Assembly: GCA_947629465.1 (NCBI GenBank)
Contig: CANRDZ010000001.1
Coordinates: forward strand, 1 to 46,793
Direction: 5' to 3'
DNA: 46,793 nucleotides
DNA from: an uncultured Bacilli bacterium
GTDB lineage: Bacteria > Bacillota_I > Bacilli_A > RF39 > UBA660
The position numbers and the translations under genes were made by a program. The notes below the pieces were generated by a model. That model worked only from the letters and a program-made list of their open reading frames with translations, made no database searches and was not told where the DNA came from. Below, piece by piece: positions 18,816-24,708 of the stretch (position 1 is the first letter of the stretch; every line of letters starts with the position of its first letter).

Positions 18816-20258
18816 TTATTCTTTGTAATAAATTTCGATAGTTTCATTTTTTTTGTCATAAACAATGTAATCAATTAATTCATGAATTACGGTATATTTT
18901 TTCATCATATCTATTTTTTCATCAATTAATAATTCATATACATTTTTAGCATTTATAGAAATGTTTTGTTCTTTAATTGTTTCATTATCTTTAGGCAATT
19001 TATTAATTTTTTCATTAATTTCTTTAATATTTTTTTCGGTTTGCAATTTGTTTTCTTTATATTCTTCTAATGTGTCAATTCCTTCTAAATATAAATTTTT
19101 ATATCTTACTAATTTTTCTTGTAAAATTTTTAAATTATTTTTTAAAATTTCTTTTTCATCTAAAAGATTATTTTCTATTTTTTTCTTACTAAAATTAATA
19201 TTAATAGGATTTTTATAATCTTTTTGAATTTGATTCAATATTGCTGGTATAATTTTTGAATAACTAATATAATGACTTTCTTCACAGCTACCATGAGAAT
19301 AACCTATACATTGAAGAGCATTTTTTTGTGTAGTTAGAGTAGATCCACAATTACTACATTTCACTAATTTACTAATCCAACTAAAGTTGCTAGTTGAAGT
19401 TGATTTATATAAATCCTTTTTCTTTAAAATTTGAGCTTGTATTTTATCAAATATTGCTTCATCAATTAAAGCTTCATGGTTTCCTTTTTTTAATATTCCG
19501 TTTTTTTCTTTAAATTTATAATCCCAACTTGATTTAGAGTTAGGTGTCCATAGAGTATAACCTTTATATACCGGATTTCTTAATATGTATTCAATTGTTC
19601 TTACTTCCCATTTATTATTATGAGTTGTTCTAATTCCTAAATTATTTAATTTTCTAGCAATTTCTTTAAAGCTAATTCCATTTTGATAATTATTAAATAT
19701 CATTTTTACTATTTTAGATGTCTCTTGATCAACGATTAATTGTTTATCGACCATTTTATAACCAAAAGGTGCTTTTGTTTGATATTCGCCTCTATTTGCC
19801 TTTTCAACCATGCCTTTTTTTACTTCGTCAGATAAGTTAAGAGAATAGTATTCGGCCATTGCTTCTAACATTGCCTCTAAAATAACAGAAAATTTATCAT
19901 CACCAAAATCTTCAGTAATAGATATTACTTCAACTTTACATTCTCTTTTAAGTAGTGATTTATAAACTATACTATCTTCACGGTTTCTTGCAAATCTATC
20001 TAATTTATGTACTAAAATAACATTAAATGGAGAAGTAGGTTTTATTTTTGCTGTAGCAATCATTTCCATAAATGCTGGCCTTTTTTCTGCTTTGCGACCA
20101 CTAAACCCTTCATCTTTATAAATGTATTTGGGATCTATTTCAATATTATTTTTTTTAGCATATTCTTTTATCGCTTTTAATTGTGCGTCAGGAGAGTATT
20201 CTGTTTGAGAATCTGTACTGACACGAATATATACTGCAGCAATTCTTTCTTCTTTCAT
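18816..20258 (-). CDS. Large serine recombinase (SpoIVCA/SprA-like)
   Basis: Resolvase catalytic domain AAVYIRVSTDSQ ... LVHKLDRFARN, recombinase domain, zinc ribbon CSNCGS...C..YSHGSC, C-terminal coiled coil. 480 aa. Confidence 0.9.
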   Translation of the reverse strand: MKEERIAAVYIRVSTDSQTEYSPDAQLKAIKEYAKKNNIEIDPKYIYKDEGFSGRKAEKRPAFMEMIATAKIKPTSPFNVILVHKLDRFARNREDSIVYKSLLKRECKVEVISITEDFGDDKFSVILEAMLEAMAEYYSLNLSDEVKKGMVEKANRGEYQTKAPFGYKMVDKQLIVDQETSKIVKMIFNNYQNGISFKEIARKLNNLGIRTTHNNKWEVRTIEYILRNPVYKGYTLWTPNSKSSWDYKFKEKNGILKKGNHEALIDEAIFDKIQAQILKKKDLYKSTSTSNFSWISKLVKCSNCGSTLTTQKNALQCIGYSHGSCEESHYISYSKIIPAILNQIQKDYKNPININFSKKKIENNLLDEKEILKNNLKILQEKLVRYKNLYLEGIDTLEEYKENKLQTEKNIKEINEKINKLPKDNETIKEQNISINAKNVYELLIDEKIDMMKKYTVIHELIDYIVYDKKNETIEIYYKE

Positions 20259-20287
20259 AAATTTCCTTTCTTTTAATTAAATTTTAT

Positions 20288-20320
20288 GCTACAATATATA
20301 CGAAAACCTATATATGTAGC
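20288..20320. promoter_or_regulatory. Imperfect palindrome gctacaatatata-N8-tatatatgtagc just upstream of the recombinase start
   Basis: 13/12-nt arms with one bulge. Overlaps an extended -10-like TGcTACAAT on the plus strand (20287..20295). Confidence 0.4.
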
Positions 20321-20369
20321 AATTTAATATATGCTATTTAAAAATTCGTTTAGTTTGGGTTTTCACTTA

Positions 20370-20404
20370 CCTCTATTCTGTTCTAGCAGAGTAGAGGATT
20401 TTTT
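20370..20404 (+). terminator. Plus-strand Rho-independent terminator with no annotated plus-strand gene upstream
   Basis: 11-bp stem cctctattctg/cagagtagagg, 6-nt loop, then attttttatt. The minus-strand version has no U-tract. Confidence 0.6.
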
Positions 20405-20422
20405 ATTATATGTGTTAAATAC

Positions 20423-20450
20423 TTGACTAATAAATGTATTTTTTTATAAT
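20423..20450 (+). promoter_or_regulatory. Near-consensus sigma-A promoter TTGACT-16-TATAAT facing the 3' end of the Abi gene
   Basis: -35 at 20423..20428, -10 at 20445..20450. The predicted start near 20457 lies just upstream of hairpin copy 2. Confidence 0.5.
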
Positions 20451-20456
20451 AATTTT

Positions 20457-20506
20457 GCATAATATTTAATGATCCTAAGTATCCCGTGTGGACTTAGGAC
20501 ATTTTT
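20457..20506 (+). ncRNA. Candidate small hairpin RNA, copy 2 (stem UCCUAAGU/ACUUAGGA, loop AUCCCGUGUGG, U5)
   Basis: Hairpin at 20473..20499 followed by cattttt. Same-sense duplicate of the hairpin in the Abi leader. Overlaps the Abi stop codon on the opposite strand. Confidence 0.4.
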
Positions 20507-21450
20507 GATATATCGTGCCAATTTGTTGGGAAATTCATAGCATTTAATACATCATTTAAGGATATAGTATGTAGTTTTGATTGTATACTCATCATTCTAC
20601 TAAATAATTTGTGATGAAATTTATCATAATCTTCTTTAGGTAATAGTAATTTTAACGTAATTACGACAGCGAATAAATCATTTTTCCCAATTTCATATCT
20701 TCCATTATCAATTGGCAAATTCATCATTTGATGATATTTAGTGTCATTTATACTAGTGTAGGTTGGAAATTTATAATTATATAGTCTTTCATCATGCGCA
20801 CACAGATTTCTGGTTTTAGTTAAAATATTCAATAAACTATATAAATCTGCTTCATTAATATTTAATTCAATGGCTATTTTTGTTCTTTCACGTTGTTTCA
20901 TTAACCTATAAAAATTACAAATATCACCAAAGGATAATATATTAACTAATACCCATAAAGGAACGAAGCCGTAATTTATTATGTAATGATTGATATATTT
21001 GTTTTCAATATTGCTTGCTATATTTTTATTTATATTGCCTATTAAAGATTGAATATATTTAATATTTTTTTGTTTAGTATCATTATTTACGTTAACGTTT
21101 TCAAATGTTTCAAAATTATTCAATTTTAAATAATTATCATTTCCATATTGTTCGGAAAAGTAATATGCAATTAAAGCACGTAATGAATTTTCAAATTTTA
21201 AAATATATTCTAAAAATATATTTCTTAATTGCCTATCAAATTCATAAAGAGCATATATTTCATTAAAATTTGTTCCAAATTTGTAAATACTAGAATCTTG
21301 CTCATCTAAAAATAAATCTTTATATCCATTTATGATGTTGTAATAATTATTATGCAATAATATTTTTTTTGCTTCTTCCTCGTTTTCGAATATTATATTT
21401 CTTGATTTTAGTAAATTTATTTGCTCATCTATATCTTTAAATTCTTTCAT
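20494..21450 (-). CDS. Abi_2 family (AbiD/AbiF-like) abortive-infection protein, HEPN-type Rx4H motif
   Basis: N-terminus MKEFKDIDEQINLLKSRNIIF, NYYNIINGYKD, FGDICNFYRL, TRNLCAHDERLYNYKF (RNLCAH). The track ORF extends to a TTG at 21513, but the family N-terminus supports the ATG at 21450. Confidence 0.85.
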   Translation of the reverse strand: MKEFKDIDEQINLLKSRNIIFENEEEAKKILLHNNYYNIINGYKDLFLDEQDSSIYKFGTNFNEIYALYEFDRQLRNIFLEYILKFENSLRALIAYYFSEQYGNDNYLKLNNFETFENVNVNNDTKQKNIKYIQSLIGNINKNIASNIENKYINHYIINYGFVPLWVLVNILSFGDICNFYRLMKQRERTKIAIELNINEADLYSLLNILTKTRNLCAHDERLYNYKFPTYTSINDTKYHQMMNLPIDNGRYEIGKNDLFAVVITLKLLLPKEDYDKFHHKLFSRMMSIQSKLHTISLNDVLNAMNFPTNWHDISKMS

Positions 21451-21456
21451 AATAAT

Positions 21457-21498
21457 AAAAAAGTCTTCAGTCCACACGGGATACTGAAGATCACTTAC
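21457..21498 (-). ncRNA. Candidate small hairpin RNA / leader terminator, copy 1 (stem UCUUCAGU/ACUGAAGA, loop AUCCCGUGUGG, U6)
   Basis: Hairpin at 21464..21490, followed on the minus strand by cUUUUUUAUUAUU and then the Abi ATG. It lies directly downstream of the promoter at 21505..21533. Confidence 0.45.
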
Positions 21499-21504
21499 AA
21501 AGTA

Positions 21505-21533
21505 ATAATACAACTAATTTATGTGATTGTCAA
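21505..21533 (-). promoter_or_regulatory. Near-consensus sigma-A promoter TTGACA-17-TATTAT driving the hairpin leader and the Abi gene
   Basis: Minus strand: -35 at 21533..21528, -10 at 21510..21505. Confidence 0.5.
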
Positions 21534-21694
21534 TATCCAATTTTGATTTTCAAATTTACGTCATTTTGACATTTAGACTTTATTTTTTCACTCCTTTCAA
21601 ATACCGGAAAAAAATCCGTTTTTTTTCTTGTATTCATAGAATACTCGAAATTATTTCTTGTATTTTATGAATGATGGAAATGTTTTTCTCAATT

Positions 21695-22384
21695 TTACAA
21701 TCTTGTCCTCTTTTCTTTAGCAATACCAATAATTTTAACTGGTAAATTTGCTATTTGTTCTTTATTGTAAAAAGTTGGTAAGTATTTATCTTGATTATTT
21801 AAATTTAGGGGTATAAGAGTTATTCCAGATTCATTTATTGTTACATTTTTAAAAGTAGCATCAAAACCATTTACCATAACAGCACAGTCTTTATTATTTG
21901 CTTTTTCATAATCATTAACTTGTTCGAAAATAACAATATCATTTTCTTCATATTTTGGTGCCATGCTGTCTCCACTTATTTTTAAACCATAAAATTGTTT
22001 ACCACCTTTTAACCATTCTTTTGGTATATCTATATATTCTAATATATCTTGTTGAGCTTCAATAGCAATACCTGCTTTAATAGTTCCTAAAACAGGTATT
22101 TGTATAGTTTCATTAGTTGAAACAAGTTGAGTAGCATTATCAAAGTTTAAATCTTCAATTTTAACATCACCCGATTGTATAAGTAAATCGTTTATTGACA
22201 TTCCCATAGCGTTTGCAATTTTTTTTAATGTATCAACTGTAACTCTAACTGGTTTGCCTGTTCTAGGATCATAGCCTTTTTCAATGCTATCCAAATGAGT
22301 ATGGCTAATATCGCATTTTTTGGCAAAGTCTCTTAATGACATATTTCCACGAAATTTTTTGATATATTCACCTATATAATTCAA
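21695..22384 (-). CDS. CI/LexA-type repressor: XRE helix-turn-helix plus S24 self-cleaving peptidase domain
   Basis: MSLRDFAKKCDISHTHLDSIEKG (HTH). LKISGDSMAPKY (Ser nucleophile) and a downstream Lys (ATFKNV). TTG start preceded by GGGAGG at 8-nt spacing. Confidence 0.85.
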   Translation of the reverse strand: MNYIGEYIKKFRGNMSLRDFAKKCDISHTHLDSIEKGYDPRTGKPVRVTVDTLKKIANAMGMSINDLLIQSGDVKIEDLNFDNATQLVSTNETIQIPVLGTIKAGIAIEAQQDILEYIDIPKEWLKGGKQFYGLKISGDSMAPKYEENDIVIFEQVNDYEKANNKDCAVMVNGFDATFKNVTINESGITLIPLNLNNQDKYLPTFYNKEQIANLPVKIIGIAKEKRTRL

Positions 22385-22411
22385 ATAATATTCCTCCCTT
22401 TTTCATTAATT

Positions 22412-22440
22412 ATTGTAATTTATAATTTACAAAAAATCAA
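22412..22440 (-). promoter_or_regulatory. Putative repressor promoter TTGATT-17-TACAAT overlapping the palindromic operator TTGTAAtttataatTTACAA (22413..22432)
   Basis: Minus strand: -35 at 22440..22435, -10 at 22417..22412. 20-bp imperfect palindrome. A related half-site ttgtaaattat at 22457..22467. Confidence 0.4.
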
Positions 22441-22469
22441 TAATTTTAAATACTTTTTGTAAATTATGC

Positions 22470-22498
22470 TTGACATTAATTTTAAGTAAAAATAATCA
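22470..22498 (+). promoter_or_regulatory. Putative divergent promoter (perfect -35 TTGACA, weak -10 TAATCA) next to the operator half-site
   Basis: TTGACA at 22470..22475. The best -10 at 17-nt spacing is poor, so support is limited. Confidence 0.3.
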
Positions 22499-22686
22499 AT
22501 TAAAATTCAGGCATTTACTTAAAGACCAGATTAACCTCTTTTACTTTTTTATATTTTAAAATACTATTTAAACAAATTTTTCTATTTTTCATCTAGTTCT
22601 CAAATATGTGTCTTTATAAATCTACTAGAATTAGATAATAACTCAAATTAAACAAAAAACATAAGCTAATATAGGAGTTGAAACTC

Positions 22687-22797
22687 ATGGAATGTAAAAA
22701 AGAATTAAAAGTAATAGTTCATAATCCAGTTACCGAAGAAAAAGCATCAAAAAAAATAAGAGATATATGTGAATTATTAAAAAATATGGAGACTTAA
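22687..22797 (+). CDS. 36-aa micro-ORF (MECKKELKVIVHNPVTEEKASKKIRDICELLKNMET), candidate recombination directionality factor or relic
   Basis: AGGAG at 22673..22677, 9 nt before the ATG. The only RBS-supported plus-strand ORF in the element. Confidence 0.3.
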   Translation: MECKKELKVIVHNPVTEEKASKKIRDICELLKNMET

Positions 22798-22921
22798 TAG
22801 TATCAACTACATATTATACTATTACTGATTTAGATGGTGATAGAGAGTATATCAGCAAATAGAAATGATAAAATGTTTGTGTGGGCTTCTATGAATACAA
22901 AAAATATTAAATTATATAAAT

Positions 22922-22954
22922 AAGGTAGGGAAATAATTTCTACCTTGTTTTTTT
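22922..22954 (+). terminator. Rho-independent terminator just inside the right end of the element
   Basis: aaggtag...ctacctt stem with inner extension, followed by gtttttttatttg. Confidence 0.6.
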
Positions 22955-22969
22955 ATTTGAATTTTTACT

Positions 22970-22981
22970 ATCGCTTTTACA
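22970..22981 (+). repeat. Right element arm atcgcttttaca (inverted repeat of 18797..18808)
   Basis: Perfect 12-bp reverse complement of the left arm. Confidence 0.8.
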
Positions 22982-22982
22982 C

Positions 22983-23456
22983 TTTGGTGGTGCTAATGGC
23001 GAACTTGCAGCAGCAATGCGTTATTTTAGTCAAAAATTTACAATGCCTGATGATAAAGGTAAAGCCTTACTTAATGATATAGCTACAGAAGAACTTGGTC
23101 ATTGTGAAATGATTTGTTCAATGGTACATCAATTAACCAAAAATGCTACTATTAAAGAACTTGAAGAAGTAGGTCTAGCTTCATATTATGCTGATCATAA
23201 TAAAGGTATATATCCTATTGATGCAAGTGGAGTTCCTTTTACAGCAACATATTTTGCAGTTACAGCTGATCCAATTGCTGATTTAATGGAAGATATGGCA
23301 GCTGAACAAAAAGCTAGGGCAGTATATGAAAATTTAATTGATTTAACTGATGATGAAGATGTTTTAGCACCATTATTATTCTTAAGACAAAGAGAAGTTG
23401 TGCATTTTAATCGTTTTAAAGAATTATATGAATACTATAAAACAAAAGGATATTAA
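22983..23456 (+). CDS. cotJC: cotJC 3' segment (manganese-catalase-family spore coat protein), begins with the attR core
   Basis: In frame: FGGANGELAAAMRYFSQKFTMPD..TEELGHCEMI..GVPFTA..DPIADL..MAAEQKARAVYE..LLFLRQREVVHFNRF, colinear with B. subtilis CotJC. There is no start codon or RBS of its own at the junction. Confidence 0.9.
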   Translation, partial: FGGANGELAAAMRYFSQKFTMPDDKGKALLNDIATEELGHCEMICSMVHQLTKNATIKELEEVGLASYYADHNKGIYPIDASGVPFTATYFAVTADPIADLMEDMAAEQKARAVYENLIDLTDDEDVLAPLLFLRQREVVHFNRFKELYEYYKTKGY

Positions 23457-23463
23457 ATAAATT

Positions 23464-23488
23464 GAACTATCAAATGATAGTTCTTTTT
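23464..23488 (+). terminator. cotJ operon terminator
   Basis: gaactatc/gatagttc 8-bp stem, 4-nt loop, T5. Confidence 0.6.
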
Positions 23489-23585
23489 GTATAATCTTGT
23501 CAAAATTTTAAAAAAAATTTTTTTAAATAATTATAATTTTAATGTTTTTTGGTATAATTACGTTAGAAAGTAGGAAAATAATAGT

Positions 23586-23813
23586 ATGGAAAATAAAGTG
23601 ATAATTAATAAATATGAAAATTATAAGAATCGTCCCAAACTAAAAAAAGAAGATGAAAAAACTCCTATTAAAAGAAGAAATCAATATGAAGAAGATTTAG
23701 AAAAAATTGAAAAAAGAGAAATATCTGAAAATGAAGCAGTAATGTGGGGATTTGTTTTAGGCTTTCTTTTATTTTTAATCCTTTTTATTTTTATTATCAT
23801 ATTTACCATTTAA
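23586..23813 (+). CDS. Small hypothetical membrane protein
   Basis: 75 aa. Lys/Glu-rich N-terminus and one C-terminal TM helix. AGGAAA RBS. Confidence 0.35.
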   Translation: MENKVIINKYENYKNRPKLKKEDEKTPIKRRNQYEEDLEKIEKREISENEAVMWGFVLGFLLFLILFIFIIIFTI

Positions 23814-23828
23814 AGAAAGGACTATTAT

Positions 23829-24341
23829 ATGTTACTATTTAAGTGTCTTAAAATATTTTTAGCTAGAATTGCAGATGTATCTTTAGGAACGCTTAGAACG
23901 GTATTATGTGTTAAAGGTAAAAGCTTTGAACCATTTGTGATTGCTTTTTTTGAAGTTTTAATATGGTATGCAATCGCTAAAGAAGCTTTAAATACGACGG
24001 GAAATACTATTTATGTTGCTATATCATATTCTTTGGGATATGCAACTGGTACGTATATTGGATCTATTTTATCTAAAGTTTTAATTAAAGGGGTTGTTGG
24101 AGTTCAAATTATTGTTAAAGAAAATAGTGATAAATTAGTAAAACAATTAAGAAAAATTGGCTATGGTGTATCTATTATAGAACTTAAAAATGATTATGAA
24201 GGAAAAAATAAAGATATGCTTTATATTCAAGCCAATAATAAAAGATTAAAAGAGTTAAAAAATATTGTAGAAAAATATGATAAAAATGCATTTTTAGTAG
24301 TTAATGATACAAAATTAATTCAAAATGGGTTTATAAAATAA
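23829..24341 (+). CDS. UPF0316 family membrane protein (DUF5698/DUF2179)
   Basis: IFLARIADVSLGTLRTVLCVKGK N-terminus, three TM helices, C-terminal DUF2179-like alpha/beta domain. Confidence 0.7.
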   Translation: MLLFKCLKIFLARIADVSLGTLRTVLCVKGKSFEPFVIAFFEVLIWYAIAKEALNTTGNTIYVAISYSLGYATGTYIGSILSKVLIKGVVGVQIIVKENSDKLVKQLRKIGYGVSIIELKNDYEGKNKDMLYIQANNKRLKELKNIVEKYDKNAFLVVNDTKLIQNGFIK

Positions 24342-24370
24342 TATAATTTACTTTATAAAGATAAAAAGTC

Positions 24371-24399
24371 TTGTACGTATTAATATTTTTTGATATAAT
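24371..24399 (+). promoter_or_regulatory. Sigma-A promoter TTGTAC-17-(TGa)TATAAT for the rimP-nusA operon
   Basis: -35 at 24371..24376, extended -10 tgatataat at 24391..24399. Confidence 0.5.
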
Positions 24400-24413
24400 A
24401 ATTTTACAGTTTT

Positions 24414-24440
24414 AAGTGGGCATAATATCCCACTTTTATT
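24414..24440 (+). terminator. Leader hairpin plus U-tract between the promoter and rimP (possible attenuator)
   Basis: aagtggg/cccactt 7-bp stem, 8-nt loop, then ttttattatt. Located 18 nt upstream of the GTG start. Confidence 0.5.
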
Positions 24441-24457
24441 ATTAGTTGAGGTGAAAT

Positions 24458-24706
24458 GTGAAAAATTTAGAAAAATTAAGAGATACTTTGGTAACAGTTT
24501 TAAAAGAAAAAGATATTATTGTTGATGATATTTTTATAAAGAAAAAGGGAAAATATAATTTTTTAACTGTTGTATTAGACAAAGTTGGAGGTATTGATTT
24601 AGATGGGATTGTTGAAGCAACTCATTTGATAAATCCGATTGTAGATGAATATGATATATGTGATAGTGAATACATATTAGATGTTATAAGTAAGGAAAGA
24701 GGTTAA
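24458..24706 (+). CDS. rimP: Ribosome maturation factor RimP, N-terminal domain only
   Basis: GTG start after GAGGTG. FLTVVLDKVGGIDLDGIVEATHLINPIVD...YILDVIS matches the RimP N-domain. At 82 aa it lacks the C-terminal Sm-like domain. Confidence 0.65.
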   Translation: MKNLEKLRDTLVTVLKEKDIIVDDIFIKKKGKYNFLTVVLDKVGGIDLDGIVEATHLINPIVDEYDICDSEYILDVISKERG

Positions 24707-24708
24707 GT

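Larger units (their letters stand above)
18796..22996. mobile_element. 4,201-bp skin-like intervening element inserted in cotJC (serine recombinase, Abi_2/HEPN, CI-like repressor)
   Basis: Flanked by the 14-bp direct repeat and 12-bp inverted arms. Its removal restores a 185-aa CotJC ORF. The recombinase gene abuts attL. Confidence 0.85.

Noticed and set aside
20471-21492. The 30-bp inverted repeats around the Abi gene as terminal inverted repeats of a transposon or MITE
   Set aside because: No transposase and no target-site duplication are visible (flanks ...atatttaat / acttacaaag...). Each repeat has its own promoter and U-tract and shows compensatory stem changes, which fits RNA elements better. 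DNA inversion is kept as an alternative in the finding.
21451-21513. N-terminal extension of the Abi ORF to a TTG at 21513 (MYYYFVSDLQYPVWTEDFFII...)
   Set aside because: The extension is the translation of the hairpin/promoter region. The Abi_2 family N-terminus (MK.F..IDEQI.LLK.R) begins at the ATG at 21450.
22641-22668. Sigma-K-like promoter AC-N17-CATAagcTA upstream of the 36-aa micro-ORF
   Set aside because: It fits the consensus. However, a start 6-8 nt downstream would fall inside or after the AGGAG RBS (22673..22677), leaving the ORF without its Shine-Dalgarno sequence. Such loose A/T-rich matches are also expected by chance in this DNA. It is worth testing but cannot be supported from sequence.
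22834-22923. 29-aa ORF (MVIESISANRNDKMFVWASMNTKNIKLYK) inside the element
   Set aside because: No Shine-Dalgarno sequence, and the size is within chance expectation. It is mentioned only as a secondary candidate in the switch finding.
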